Positions 44,033-54,210 of a DNA stretch of 64,000 nt are shown here, piece by piece. The position numbers were made by a program, and so were the translations under genes. Origin of the DNA: Minisyncoccia bacterium (GTDB taxonomy: Bacteria > Patescibacteriota > Minisyncoccia > Phycocordibacterales > PALSA-1337); NCBI GenBank assembly GCA_049997795.1, contig JBEKVT010000001.1:101067-165066 (forward strand), written 5' to 3'. The notes beneath the pieces were generated by a model. That model was not told the DNA's origin and did not search any database. It was given only the letters and a program-made list of their open reading frames with translations. The stretch's first letter is position 1; each line of letters opens with the position of its first letter.

Positions 44033-44887
44033 TCAGCTTCCGCTCCTCATCAGTCGGCCGGGATTGCGGCGCGAGACGATGAAGACATTAGAATACTTCT
44101 TGGGAGTGCGGGTCTTCTGGCCCTTGCCCGCGGGCTTGCCCCAGCGGGTCTTCAGGCGGCGCAGGCCGCGGCCTTGGCGCTGTTCGCCGCCGCCGTAAGG
44201 ATGGTCGACCGGGTTCTGGGCGGTGCCGCGCACCGTGGGACGTATCCCCATCCAGCGCGAGCGGCCGGCCTTGCCGATGACCACCAGGCGATTCTCCTCG
44301 TTGGAAACGGCGCCGATCGAAGCCCAGGAATTCTGGTGGACTTTGCGGACCTCGGTCGAAGGCATCTTGATGTGGGTGTAGCCGGCGTCATTGGCGATGA
44401 CTTGGGCGAAAGAACCGGCCGAGCGGACAAGTTTGGCGCCGGAGCCGGGATTGATTTCGATGTTGTAGACGTATGTGCCGACCGGGATGTTCTTCAAAGG
44501 CAGGCGATTGCCTGTCTCGATCGGGGCTTTTTCGGAAACGATGAATGTGTTGCCGACTTTCATGGTCTTCGGCAGGAGGACGTAGCGCTTGGCGCCATCC
44601 CTGTAGGCGACCAGGCCGATGTAGCCGGTGCGGAAGGGATCGTACTCGACGGTCTTCACTGTGGCCGGGATGTCTTTCTTGTCATACAGGAAATCGACGA
44701 GGCGATAGAGCTTCTTGTGGCCGGCGCCCTTGTGGCGGACGGTGATGCGGCCGAAAGCGTTCCTGCCGACGTCGCGCTTGAAACCTGTTGTGAGCGGCTT
44801 GTACGGCTCGGACGCCGTCAAGTATTCCTTGAACGGCAAGGTTGTCATGTGGCGGCGCGATTTGGTTGTGGGTCGGTATGTCTTCAT
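44033..44887 (-). CDS. rplB: 50S ribosomal protein L2
   Basis: 284 aa with the GRNxxGxITxRHxGGGHK pattern. Confidence 0.9.
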   Translation of the reverse strand: MKTYRPTTKSRRHMTTLPFKEYLTASEPYKPLTTGFKRDVGRNAFGRITVRHKGAGHKKLYRLVDFLYDKKDIPATVKTVEYDPFRTGYIGLVAYRDGAKRYVLLPKTMKVGNTFIVSEKAPIETGNRLPLKNIPVGTYVYNIEINPGSGAKLVRSAGSFAQVIANDAGYTHIKMPSTEVRKVHQNSWASIGAVSNEENRLVVIGKAGRSRWMGIRPTVRGTAQNPVDHPYGGGEQRQGRGLRRLKTRWGKPAGKGQKTRTPKKYSNVFIVSRRNPGRLMRSGS

Positions 44888-44896
44888 GGAGCTTGA

Positions 44897-45385
44897 TTAT
44901 ACGAAGTCTATCTTCTCGCCTTTCTTGACGGTGACGATCGCTTTTCTCACGCCGGAAACGGTGCCGCGCCGGCCCTTGACGAAGACATTCTTCGACGGCA
45001 GGTTGACCATGGCGACTTTGACCGGAGTGACCTTGTACAGGGCGCGCATGGCCTTGGCCACTGAAGATTTGTTCGCATTGGAAGTGACCTGGAAAGTGTA
45101 AGCGCCGGATTGGCTCAAGATGCCGGACTTCTCCGTGATGTGCGGACGGATGATGCTCTCGGTCGCGCTTCCGAACGAGCCTTTCGGCAGGGCAGGACCG
45201 GCCTTCCCGGCACCCGCGTCCTTTGTCACGACCGCCGAGGAGATCTTTTCGGGTTTCGGGGACGAGAACTGCTTGGCGCCCTTATCTTTGGCATCGCCCT
45301 TCTTCACTGTCTTGGCCAATTCGGCCGTGGCCTGAATGTGGCTCTGCTCGTGCTTCTTGTCTTTTCTGAATCCGAATAATGGCAT
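44897..45385 (-). CDS. rplW: 50S ribosomal protein L23 with a ~70-aa N-terminal extension
   Basis: The C-terminal core SIIRPHITEKS... matches L23. Confidence 0.75.
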   Translation of the reverse strand: MPLFGFRKDKKHEQSHIQATAELAKTVKKGDAKDKGAKQFSSPKPEKISSAVVTKDAGAGKAGPALPKGSFGSATESIIRPHITEKSGILSQSGAYTFQVTSNANKSSVAKAMRALYKVTPVKVAMVNLPSKNVFVKGRRGTVSGVRKAIVTVKKGEKIDFV

Positions 45386-45395
45386 GGTATTGAAA

Positions 45396-46070
45396 TTATT
45401 TGTCGGTCTTATCCGTCTTCACAGTAAGGGCCTTCAGCGACTCTTCCGGATCTGTAACGATAAGGTATGTATGATTCAAAACGGACACCGGATTCAGGTT
45501 GCGAAACTCCTCGACAGAGACATTGCCAAAATTGCGGAAGCTCTTAGCTACAGCGTCGGTCTTCTGGCCGAGAGCGATCAGGGCGGCGTTCTCCTTCTTC
45601 GTGGCGAGCTTCTCATAGCCCTTGATCTTGGCCAATGAATGCAAAATGGTCCGAGCTTCTTTGGCCTTGGGCGCGGCAAGCTTCATGGCGTCGAGGAAGA
45701 GCACTTCGCCGTCCTTGAATTTCCGGGACAGGATCGTGTAAAGGGCCTTGACCCGGGCCTTCTTGTTTATCTTGCGGGTGAAATTCTTGTCGTTTCTCGG
45801 GCCATGAGCGACGCCGCCGCCGACCCAGATCGGGGAGCGGGTGGAACCGTGGCGGGCCCGGCCGGTGCCCTTCTGCTGCCAGGGCTTCCTGCCGCCGCCG
45901 CGGACCTCGCCGCGGGTCTTGGTGTGAGCGACATTGGTGCGGCTGTTGGAATTCATCAGGCGGACGATCTCATGGACGAGATCGGCATTCCAAGGGACGT
46001 TGAAGATGCTCTCCGGGAGCTTTATCTTCCCTGCGGCCTTACCTTCTTGATTGTATATCGGTGCGTCCAT
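45396..46070 (-). CDS. rplD: 50S ribosomal protein L4
   Basis: The GTGRARHGS motif region; 224 aa. Confidence 0.85.
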   Translation of the reverse strand: MDAPIYNQEGKAAGKIKLPESIFNVPWNADLVHEIVRLMNSNSRTNVAHTKTRGEVRGGGRKPWQQKGTGRARHGSTRSPIWVGGGVAHGPRNDKNFTRKINKKARVKALYTILSRKFKDGEVLFLDAMKLAAPKAKEARTILHSLAKIKGYEKLATKKENAALIALGQKTDAVAKSFRNFGNVSVEEFRNLNPVSVLNHTYLIVTDPEESLKALTVKTDKTDK

Positions 46071-46089
46071 GGTGATATTGAAATGACGA

Positions 46090-46716
46090 TCAGTTCTTGG
46101 CGACGATCTCGACCAACGTGCCCCGGCGGCCGGGAACCGCTCCGGAAACGTAAAGGATGCTCTCTTCCGGATCGACGTGCACGACCTTCAAGTTCGTGAC
46201 CGTCACCCGGTCCGAACCCATCCTGCCGGCCATCCTGGTACCGACTGGCACGTGAGTGCGCAAGCCGCCGCCGATTGAGCCGGGCTCGCGCTCGGAATGC
46301 TTCTGGCCGTGGGAACGCGGACCGCCGTGGAAGCCGTGGCGCTTGACCACGCCCTGGAAGCCTTTGCCTTTGGAGATGGCGGAGACTTGGACGACGTCGC
46401 CGGCCTTGAATTGGGAGAGTTCCAGCTTGTCGCCGACTTTGGCCGTCGGTCCGCCGGCTGGCGGATCCGTCCGGAATTCCTTGACCGAAGCGAAACTGCC
46501 CAAATCTTTCCACTGGCCCTTCTGGGGCTTAGCGATGCGGCTTGCGTGCCGCGAGCCTTCGCCGACCTGCACGGCTTCATAGCCGTCATTCTCCTTGGTG
46601 CGGACTTGAGTGACGACGTTGCCGCGCACGAGGACGGCCGTAGCGGGGATGGCGGCGCCGGAGGCGTCATAGATCTGGGTCATATTCAGCTTTCTTCCGA
46701 TAATGAATTTCATGAT
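46090..46716 (-). CDS. rplC: 50S ribosomal protein L3
   Basis: MKFIIGRKLNMTQIYD matches the L3 start. The track ORF to 46833 is a spurious extension into the structured spacer. Confidence 0.85.
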   Translation of the reverse strand: MMKFIIGRKLNMTQIYDASGAAIPATAVLVRGNVVTQVRTKENDGYEAVQVGEGSRHASRIAKPQKGQWKDLGSFASVKEFRTDPPAGGPTAKVGDKLELSQFKAGDVVQVSAISKGKGFQGVVKRHGFHGGPRSHGQKHSEREPGSIGGGLRTHVPVGTRMAGRMGSDRVTVTNLKVVHVDPEESILYVSGAVPGRRGTLVEIVAKN

Positions 46717-46722
46717 CTTTAC

Positions 46723-46845
46723 GAACGGTAGCGGATGTCCTTCTCGATACGCGGAAAGTTTTCTGCAGAAAACTTTCCTAATCCTCGACGATTCTCTGCT
46801 GAGAATCGTCTGCGGACATATCTCGAAAGACATCCGCTACCGTTC
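46723..46845 (-). other. Structured intergenic element between rpsJ and rplC: a 17-bp outer stem enclosing two perfect hairpins (three-way junction)
   Basis: Outer stem gaacggtagcggatgtc/gacatccgctaccgttc. Inner palindromes are ggaaagttttctg-cagaaaactttcc and gacgattctc-tgct-gagaatcgtc. Confidence 0.55.
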
Positions 46846-46853
46846 TTTCAAAA

Positions 46854-47273
46854 CTACATCATCTTGACGTCGATGTTCACGCCGGACGGAAGGGAGAGAT
46901 TGGTCAGGGCTTCGATGACCTTCTGGTTCGGGTTGACGATGTCGATCAGGCGCTTGTGCACCCTCATCTCGAACTGCTCGCGGGCGTTCTTGTCTATGAA
47001 CGACGAGCGGTTGACCGTGTACTTCTTGATCTCGGTCGGGAGGGGCGTCGGGCCGTGGATCACGGCGTCGTAACGGGCAGCCGTGTCCATTATCTGGCGC
47101 AAGCTGGCATCGAGGATCTTGTGCTCGTAGGCGCGCACCCGGATCCTAAGGTGCGGCACTTCGCCTGCCGGCTTGGCCTTGCGCGAGCGCACCGGCTTTC
47201 CGGCCGACACGGACTTCGCTGCGGCGGATGGCGCGGCGGCTTTCTTCTTGGTTGTTTCTTTCGCTGTCGCCAT
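46854..47273 (-). CDS. rpsJ: 30S ribosomal protein S10 with a ~35-aa basic N-terminal extension
   Basis: The core LRIRVRAYEHKILD... matches S10. Confidence 0.85.
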   Translation of the reverse strand: MATAKETTKKKAAAPSAAAKSVSAGKPVRSRKAKPAGEVPHLRIRVRAYEHKILDASLRQIMDTAARYDAVIHGPTPLPTEIKKYTVNRSSFIDKNAREQFEMRVHKRLIDIVNPNQKVIEALTNLSLPSGVNIDVKMM

Positions 47274-47302
47274 GTTCTTGATCTTTATCTCGTGACAGAC
47301 GG

Positions 47303-48490
47303 TTAGGCGATTACTTTGGTGACCACGCCCGAGCCGACGGTCTTGCCGCCCTCGCGGACGGCAAAGCGTATCTGGGCTTCGAGAGCGACGGGTGCGACGA
47401 GCTTCACCTTGAAGCTGGCGGTGTCGCCGGGCATGACCATCTCCACCTTTTCCGGCAGAGTGACCTCGCCGGTCACATCGGTGGTACGGATGTAGAACTG
47501 CGGCTTGTAGCCGGTGAAGAACGGGGTGTGGCGTCCGCCCTCTTCCTTCTTCAGGATATAGACTTCAGCCTCGAATTCGGTGTGGGGCTTGACGGAGCCG
47601 GGTTTGGCCAGGACCTGGCCGCGGGAGACGTCATCCTTGGCAGTGCCGCGCAGGAGGATACCGGCGTTGTCGCCGCAAATGCCTTCTTTCAGGGACTTAT
47701 TGAACATCTCGATGCCTGTCACGACTGTCTTCACCGTATCCCTGAAGCCGACTATCTCGACTTCGTCGCTGATCTTGACCTTGCCGCGCTCGATCCTGCC
47801 GGTCACGACGGTGCCACGGCCTTCGATCGAGAAGATGTCTTCTATCGGCATGAGGAACGGCTTATCGACGTCGCGGACCGGTTCCGGGATGAAGGTATCG
47901 ATGGCATCCATGAGCTCGTCGATCTTCCCCGTCCAGACCGGATCGCCTTCGAGGGCCTTCAGGGCCGAACCGCGGATGACCGGGGCGTTCTTGCCGTCGA
48001 ATTCGTACTTGGTGAGGAGCTCGCGCACCTCTTCCTCGACCAGATCGATCAAGTCCTTCTCCTCCACCATGTCGCACTTGTTGAGGAAGACCAGGACCTT
48101 CGGCACGCCGACCTGGCGGGCCAGAAGGATGTGCTCCCTGGTCTGGGGCATGACGCCGTCCTGGGCGGACACGACCAGGATGGCTCCGTCCATCTGGGCG
48201 GCGCCGGTGATCATATTCTTGACGAAGTCGGCGTGGCCGGGACAGTCGATGTGGGCGTAGTGGCGCTTCGGCGTCTCGTACTCGACGTGCGAGAGCGAGA
48301 TGGTGACGGTCTTGGTGGCGTCACGGACGGTGCCGCCTTTGGTGATGTCGGCGTAAGCCTTGAGCTTGGCCATGCCCTTCTTGGCCTGGACGGCCAGGAT
48401 GGCGGCGGTCAAGGTGGACTTGCCGTGGTCGATGTGACCGATCGTGCCGACGTTCACGTGCGGCTTATTGCGATTGAATTCAGCTGCCAT
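47303..48490 (-). CDS. tuf: Elongation factor Tu
   Basis: [16 protein letters not shown] and NKCD GTPase motifs; 395 aa. Confidence 0.95.
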   Translation of the reverse strand: MAAEFNRNKPHVNVGTIGHIDHGKSTLTAAILAVQAKKGMAKLKAYADITKGGTVRDATKTVTISLSHVEYETPKRHYAHIDCPGHADFVKNMITGAAQMDGAILVVSAQDGVMPQTREHILLARQVGVPKVLVFLNKCDMVEEKDLIDLVEEEVRELLTKYEFDGKNAPVIRGSALKALEGDPVWTGKIDELMDAIDTFIPEPVRDVDKPFLMPIEDIFSIEGRGTVVTGRIERGKVKISDEVEIVGFRDTVKTVVTGIEMFNKSLKEGICGDNAGILLRGTAKDDVSRGQVLAKPGSVKPHTEFEAEVYILKKEEGGRHTPFFTGYKPQFYIRTTDVTGEVTLPEKVEMVMPGDTASFKVKLVAPVALEAQIRFAVREGGKTVGSGVVTKVIA

Positions 48491-48605
48491 ATTATTTACT
48501 TAGTGCTTTGGCTTCCAACGTGCGGGCGCGAACGCCGCGCGACGGGCGCCAAAGATAAAGTTGTTAATAGCGATTTATAAAACGCCGGGTAGGCGTGTAA
48601 ATCAG

Positions 48606-48633
48606 AGGATAGCAGAGGGGGATGGGGTTGTCA
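48606..48633 (-). promoter_or_regulatory. Candidate promoter for tuf (TTGACA-16-TATCCT), immediately after the Fic stop codon
   Basis: Read on the minus strand. Confidence 0.35.
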
Positions 48634-48645
48634 AATATATACAAA

Positions 48646-49860
48646 CTAGACCCCGTCCTCTGATTTCCTGTTTAAGAATTCAGGGACAAAACCATTTTCT
48701 TCCAGAGCTCTTACTACATCCCTGAGAAGATAATTGTTACGGAACTGAATTGTATATTTTCTGCTTTTATTGCCCTTGGTCGGCACGAGCATCTCTTTAT
48801 CCTTTAACCGTTTAATTATGCGCGACCTTTGAACAGGCGAAGCCTCGTTCAATGCAGCTTTTATGTCTAAGGATTTAATCGTCATATCCTTAGTCTTAAC
48901 AACACAGCTCAAAACAGCATGCTCCTGATTATTTATACTCTTACGTTCAAGAGAATATCGGAGCGCGGGTATGAGAATGGTATCGGTGATATATTCCAAG
49001 TTAAGCAATTTATCAATTTTTTCTATCTCTTTACGTAAACCGTTTAGAACATATTCGCACCATTCAAGAACTTTGACTTCATCGCCAGTATCGGCAACCG
49101 CAAGCATTTCATAGTATTTCGCTCGATCCATACAAAAAATAGCAGTGGGGTTCAATATACGCCCTGTCTTAACCTGGAATCCTTGTTTGATTAACAGGGC
49201 GTATGTGAACATTCGGACAAATCTACCGTTGCCGTTATCAAATGGATGTATCCAAGCCATTCGGTGATGGGCAAGCGCAGTAATAAGCAGATGATACTTG
49301 GAACTGACAGAGGCATTAACAAATGTCATAAGTTCTTCAAAATATTCAGGCACCTTAATGCTCTTTGGTGGGACATGCGGCGACCCTGTAATCGATACAT
49401 CCACTGGTCTCAAGGCGCCAGGATAGTGAGAACCCTCTCCCCCTGGGGGAGGTGTGAGATCTTTTACAATAATCCTGTGTATTTCGGAAATCAGGGCGCG
49501 GTCAAAGATAGTTGTCTTCTTTATATTTTTCTCAATAAAATCAATGACATCTTCCAAATTAAAAATCTCTTTCATGCTTTCGTCCGCAGTAGCTCTGGAA
49601 GGATTTTCTATTACCTTTTCGACAAATTCCATCAGGGTCGTTCTATTCCCCTCAATGCGAGCAGATCCGAGGCTCTCAAATAATTGAAAAATCTCCTTCA
49701 ATTGGAAAAATACATGTGGTGGAACTGGGCCTCCAAGCCTTTTAACCCTTAATTTCTCTAGCTCTATGATAGTAGTCGCTAAATCAGAGCTCCATTTTGG
49801 ATCATAGAGCTTGAGTTCTGTGTGTTTAAATTGTTTAGTATTTTCCTTATCCATAATCAT
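48646..49860 (-). CDS. Fic/Doc (Fido) family protein, class II (N-terminal inhibitory S-x-x-x-E-G motif), C-terminal winged-helix domain
   Basis: The Fic active-site motif HPFDNGNGRFVR and the N-terminal SARIEGN inhibitory-helix motif. The coding GC content (~40%) is much lower than in the flanking genes. Confidence 0.8.
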   Translation of the reverse strand: MIMDKENTKQFKHTELKLYDPKWSSDLATTIIELEKLRVKRLGGPVPPHVFFQLKEIFQLFESLGSARIEGNRTTLMEFVEKVIENPSRATADESMKEIFNLEDVIDFIEKNIKKTTIFDRALISEIHRIIVKDLTPPPGGEGSHYPGALRPVDVSITGSPHVPPKSIKVPEYFEELMTFVNASVSSKYHLLITALAHHRMAWIHPFDNGNGRFVRMFTYALLIKQGFQVKTGRILNPTAIFCMDRAKYYEMLAVADTGDEVKVLEWCEYVLNGLRKEIEKIDKLLNLEYITDTILIPALRYSLERKSINNQEHAVLSCVVKTKDMTIKSLDIKAALNEASPVQRSRIIKRLKDKEMLVPTKGNKSRKYTIQFRNNYLLRDVVRALEENGFVPEFLNRKSEDGV

Positions 49861-49869
49861 GATTTAACA

Positions 49870-49898
49870 ATTATACCAAAAAACACATATGTGTCAAC
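49870..49898 (-). promoter_or_regulatory. Consensus promoter TTGACA-17-TATAAT; the predicted TSS is 0-3 nt from the Fic start codon (leaderless)
   Basis: Read on the minus strand. The -10 element ends 9 nt before the ATG at 49860. Confidence 0.5.
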
Positions 49899-49965
49899 GT
49901 ATATTACTAGTGCAAAATTGATTTCAATTAACACAGCCAGTCCTACCATTTAACAATATTTAAAT

Positions 49966-49996
49966 ATCGAAAAGGCCCTTATAAATTAAGGGCCTT
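49966..49996 (-). terminator. Intrinsic terminator after fusA (aaggccctta-...-taagggcctt + T-run)
   Basis: Read directly from the sequence. It separates fusA from the Fic cassette. Confidence 0.55.
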
Positions 49997-50018
49997 TTTA
50001 GTAATTAACCAATATTTC

Positions 50019-52163
50019 TTATTTCCTCTTCTCCTTTATCTCCTCGGCCACATTGGCCGGCACGACCTCGTAGTGATCGAATTCGAGCATGGCGCTCCCT
50101 TGGCCAGAGGTCATTGAGCGCAACTGGGTGGTGTAGCCGAACATCTCGGAGAGCGGCACTTTGGCGATGATGGAGACGGCCTGGCCCTTCGGGTTCTGGC
50201 CTTCAATCATGCCGCGCTTCGAGGCGATACTGCCGTTCACGTCGCCGATGTACTTTTCAGGGCAGACGACTTCAAGCTTCATGATGGGCTCCAGGATGAC
50301 CGGCTTGGCGCGCTTGGCGGCGTCCTGGAAGGCTTGGGAGGCGGCGATCTTGTAGGCGATCTCCGAGGAGTCGACGTCATGGTACGAGCCGAAGGTCAGT
50401 TCGCAGGAGATGTTGACCATCTTGTAGCCGGCCACGATGCCGCGGTCCATGGCTTCGTGGACGCCTTTCTCGACGGCTGGGATGAATTCCTGCGGGATGA
50501 CGCCACCCTTGATAGAGTTGATGAATTCGAAATCATCGTAGCGCTTGACGTTCTTCGGGACCTTCTCGCCTTCGACGAGTGGTTTCATCGGACGCAAGGT
50601 GATGCGGACGTGGCCGTACTGGCCCTTGCCGCCCGTCTGTTTGATGTACTTGTTCTCGGCCTCGGCTGTACCGAGGATGGACTCGTGATAAGCCACCTGC
50701 GGCTCGCCGACGTTGGCCTCCACGCCGAATTCGCGCTTCATGCGGTCAACCATGATCTCGAGGTGGAGCTCGCCCATACCGGAGATGATGGTCTCGCCGG
50801 TCTCCTGGTTGGAAGTGATCTTGAAGGTCGGGTCTTCATTAGCCAATTTGTGGAGAGCGATGCCCATCTTCTCCTGGTCGGCCTTGGTCTTCGGCTCGAT
50901 CCGGAGAGAGACGACCGGCTCCATGAATTTGATGACTTCGAGGACGATCGGGTGCTCCTCGTCGCAGAAAGTGTGCGAAGTCAGGGCGTCTTTCAAGCCC
51001 ACGGCCGCGGCGATCTCGCCGGCGAAGACTTTCTTGACCTCTTCGCGCTTATCGGCCTGCAAACGGACGATGCGGCCCAGGCGCTCTTTCTTGCCGGTCG
51101 TCGAATTGTAGAGATAAGTGCCGGCTTCGATGGTGCCGGAATAGACGCGGAAGAAGGTCAGTTGGCCGACGAACGGGTCGTTCTGGAGCTTGAAGGCCAG
51201 AGCGGAGAATGGTTCGCTGTCGGAAGCGTGGCGGACGATCTCTTCGCCGGTATTCGGGTCGATGCCCTTGATAGGCGGCATGTCGAGAGGCGACGGCAGG
51301 TAGTCCACGACGCCGTCCAAGACCAGTTGCACGCCGATATTCTTCAGAGCGGAACCGGTGAAGACCGGGAACATCTTGTTCTCGATCACGGCCTTCCTGG
51401 TGATCTTCTTCAATTCCTCCACGGGAACTTCGTGGCCCTCCAGATATTTGTGCATGGCCGCGTCGTCGTGCTCGACGATCTTCTCGACGAGCTCGGCGCG
51501 ATATTTCTTGGCCTCTTCCAGAAGATCGGCCGGGATCTCCTTCTCGACGACCTTCTCTCCTTTGTCGCCCTCGAACGTATAGGCCTTCATCTTCAAAAGA
51601 TCGATGACACCGGAATGGTTCTCTTCGAGACCGATGGGGATCTGGAACCGGACAGCGTTCTTATTCAAGCGTTCCAGAATAGACTTAAATGATTTCTCGA
51701 AAGATGCGCCCATCCGGTCCATTTTGTTGATGAAGCAGAGGCGCGGCACTTTGCCGTCGTCGGCATAGCGCCAGTTGGTCTCCGATTGAGGCTCCACGCC
51801 GGCCACGCCGTCGAAGACGACGACCGCACCATCAAGGACGCGCAACGAACGTTTGACCTCGACCGTGAAATCGATGTGCCCCGGGGTGTCGATGATATTG
51901 AAACGGACCTTTTTCGACAGGTCGGCCGCCGGCATATACGTTGGGTTCCAGAAACAGGTGATGGCCGCGGCCGTGATGGTGATGCCGCGCTCCCTTTCCT
52001 GCTCCATCCAGTCGGTCACGGTGTCGCCCTCGTGGACCTCGCCAATCTTGTGGGTCATGCCTGTGTAATACAAGATACGCTCCGACGTGGTCGTCTTGCC
52101 GGCGTCGATGTGGGCGATGATGCCGAAGTTCCTTACTCGTTCAAGCGGGTAGTCGCGTTGCAT
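50019..52163 (-). CDS. fusA: Elongation factor G
   Basis: 714 aa with the G-domain motifs [14 protein letters not shown] and NKMD. Confidence 0.95.
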   Translation of the reverse strand: MQRDYPLERVRNFGIIAHIDAGKTTTSERILYYTGMTHKIGEVHEGDTVTDWMEQERERGITITAAAITCFWNPTYMPAADLSKKVRFNIIDTPGHIDFTVEVKRSLRVLDGAVVVFDGVAGVEPQSETNWRYADDGKVPRLCFINKMDRMGASFEKSFKSILERLNKNAVRFQIPIGLEENHSGVIDLLKMKAYTFEGDKGEKVVEKEIPADLLEEAKKYRAELVEKIVEHDDAAMHKYLEGHEVPVEELKKITRKAVIENKMFPVFTGSALKNIGVQLVLDGVVDYLPSPLDMPPIKGIDPNTGEEIVRHASDSEPFSALAFKLQNDPFVGQLTFFRVYSGTIEAGTYLYNSTTGKKERLGRIVRLQADKREEVKKVFAGEIAAAVGLKDALTSHTFCDEEHPIVLEVIKFMEPVVSLRIEPKTKADQEKMGIALHKLANEDPTFKITSNQETGETIISGMGELHLEIMVDRMKREFGVEANVGEPQVAYHESILGTAEAENKYIKQTGGKGQYGHVRITLRPMKPLVEGEKVPKNVKRYDDFEFINSIKGGVIPQEFIPAVEKGVHEAMDRGIVAGYKMVNISCELTFGSYHDVDSSEIAYKIAASQAFQDAAKRAKPVILEPIMKLEVVCPEKYIGDVNGSIASKRGMIEGQNPKGQAVSIIAKVPLSEMFGYTTQLRSMTSGQGSAMLEFDHYEVVPANVAEEIKEKRK

Positions 52164-52172
52164 AAAGCTTTG

Positions 52173-52643
52173 TTACCAGGCGAAGTGGGCGAAGGCCTTG
52201 TTGGCTTCGGCCATCTTGTGGACATTCTCGCGCTTCTTGACGGCTTCGCCCTCGTTCTTCGAGGCGGCGATGATCTCGTCGGCCAATTTCTCGGCGATCG
52301 GCTTGCCTTTCTTGGAGCGGGCGGCTTCGATGATCCACTTCATGGACAGGGCGCTTCGGCGCTCCGGCCGGACTTCGCGGGGAACCTGGTAGTTGGCACC
52401 GCCAACGCGGCGGGAACGGACTTCCATGGCCGGGGCCGTGTTCCGGAGGGCCGTTTCGAAGACTTCGAGCGGATTCTCCACCTTGGCTTTCTCTTTGATG
52501 GCGGTCATGCAGTCGCTCATGATGGCCCGGGCGATCGTCTTCTTGCCGGATTCCATGATGTAATTGGTGAACTTGGCCAGCTTCAGGGACTCGTAGGCCA
52601 TGTCGGGCTTGAGGTCGCGCTTTATGTTGATCTTGCGTCGCAT
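52173..52643 (-). CDS. rpsG: 30S ribosomal protein S7
   Basis: 156 aa, MRRKINIKRDLKPD... matches S7. Confidence 0.9.
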   Translation of the reverse strand: MRRKINIKRDLKPDMAYESLKLAKFTNYIMESGKKTIARAIMSDCMTAIKEKAKVENPLEVFETALRNTAPAMEVRSRRVGGANYQVPREVRPERRSALSMKWIIEAARSKKGKPIAEKLADEIIAASKNEGEAVKKRENVHKMAEANKAFAHFAW

Positions 52644-52664
52644 GATATTGGAAAAACGTCCGAA

Positions 52665-53087
52665 CTAAGCGGCTTTGGCGGCCTTCGGCTTCTTATTGCC
52701 GTACTGGCTGCGGCCCTTCCTCCTGGCTTCGACGCCGGCGCAGTCGAGGACGCCGCGCACGATGGAATAGCGCAGGCCGACATCCTTGACGCGGCCGCCG
52801 CGGAGGAGGACTACGGCGTGTTCCTGGAGGTTATGCCCCATGCCCGGCACGTAGGCCGTGACTTCCATGCCGTTGGTGAGGCGCACGCGGGCGATCTTGC
52901 GGATGGCGGAGTTGGGCTTCTTCGGGGTCTTGGTGGTGACCTTGACACAGACGCCGCGCTTGAACGGGGCCGGGAAGAAGATCGGCCGGTTCTTGATGGA
53001 ATTGAAAGTACGAGTCAGGGCCACGGACTTCGACTTCCGCTTGAAGCGCTTCCTGTGAGTCTTCGTCAACTGGTTGATGGTCGGCAT
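52665..53087 (-). CDS. rpsL: 30S ribosomal protein S12
   Basis: [14 protein letters not shown]... matches S12. The start is trimmed from the track ORF. Confidence 0.9.
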   Translation of the reverse strand: MPTINQLTKTHRKRFKRKSKSVALTRTFNSIKNRPIFFPAPFKRGVCVKVTTKTPKKPNSAIRKIARVRLTNGMEVTAYVPGMGHNLQEHAVVLLRGGRVKDVGLRYSIVRGVLDCAGVEARRKGRSQYGNKKPKAAKAA

Positions 53088-53318
53088 GATGAGATGCTTT
53101 TGCGTGGATCCGCTTGGATTTTCACCATTTTCGGCTAGAGAGCCTGAATGATTACTCACGCGGGTCCGATAATCGTGTTTTTATGCCCTCGGGGGCAGTG
53201 GCGATACATTAGCATGCCGGCAGACCCGACGCAATGCCGGCCATTCCGAACAAAAAAGACCGCCAGGTGTTGTAGGCACCTAGCGGCTTCGACGCGAATG
53301 AATGAGCGGTTGGTCGCG

Positions 53319-53615
53319 TCAGACTGTGGGGGCGACGGCAGGATCGAGCCAATCATGCGCGAGCGCTTTGAATGGTCCGATGCTGCCCCGTTTCACCTGC
53401 AAGAGCTTTCCGGGCGACGGGCGGTCTTCCAGCCTGGACACGACGATGTTTAGATCGTCATTGAGGGCTTGGATGGCCGCGAGATCGGCCCGAATGCTCG
53501 CGCCAACGGCTGGCGCCCGAGGAGCTATGGCGAGCTCCGCAGGAACCAGCTCGGTAACTTCACGCACAGGCGGGGATACCGCCGGTACGACGAGCAGGAG
53601 CACGACAGAGAGCAT
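53319..53615 (-). CDS. Hypothetical small secreted protein (weak call)
   Basis: 98-aa ORF with an N-terminal hydrophobic segment in the S12 upstream region. It could be a leader region instead of a gene. Confidence 0.2.
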   Translation of the reverse strand: MLSVVLLLVVPAVSPPVREVTELVPAELAIAPRAPAVGASIRADLAAIQALNDDLNIVVSRLEDRPSPGKLLQVKRGSIGPFKALAHDWLDPAVAPTV

Positions 53616-53690
53616 ACAAGGAACAAGTATAATCGAGAGACGGAGAAAAAGTAAACCGGGTTATCCACCAAGCGATCGGTCTCTGCCAGG

Positions 53691-54209
53691 CTACCCTTCT
53701 AATTTCTCCAGAACGTTCGACTCGTCCACGTCCGTCCGTCCGTATTTTTCAGCCTGCTCCTTCATCCTTTGGATCAGGAACTCTGGTCTATGCCATTCGA
53801 CCAAGCTGTTCGTCTCAATATCCGTGCCCGTGCGCTTGGAAGCGTCCTCGGAGACGACCTTGCACAAGAAATACAAAGTGGTCTTCTCCACTTCGACGCC
53901 CTTATCCTTGAAATGGCTTTGGATCGAGCCGATGTAATCTTCCGTCTCGGCCGTGGCACCGAATTCTTCCGCGAGACCGCGATCTAGGGCGTGCTCGAGC
54001 GGCTCGCCCGGTTCGAGCGTCTTGCGCATCAGGAGATAGAAGTCATCCAGACCTTGTTCCTTCCAATAGCCCTTCAGGTCTTTGGTCTTGAAATGATGGC
54101 AGCAGACCTCGCCCTTGTCGTTCATGAGGACCGCGCCGACGGACACATGGCGTGGATGCCGGCTATTCCCTTGAAAATATGTCGGGGCCATACACATATA
54201 TTGTACCAC
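53691..54209 (-). CDS. NUDIX hydrolase
   Basis: The Nudix box region EPGEPLEHALDRGLAEEFG. Confidence 0.6.
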   Translation of the reverse strand: MVQYMCMAPTYFQGNSRHPRHVSVGAVLMNDKGEVCCHHFKTKDLKGYWKEQGLDDFYLLMRKTLEPGEPLEHALDRGLAEEFGATAETEDYIGSIQSHFKDKGVEVEKTTLYFLCKVVSEDASKRTGTDIETNSLVEWHRPEFLIQRMKEQAEKYGRTDVDESNVLEKLEG

Positions 54210-54210
54210 T

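Noticed and set aside
47528-48580. Long plus-strand ORFs (350 aa here; also 50334..51692, 51786..53138, 11415..12308, 17827..18738, 20433..21254)
   Set aside because: They are antisense shadow ORFs inside tuf, fusA, ftsH, the SPFH gene and the PLD-family gene. High GC content suppresses stop codons on the opposite strand.
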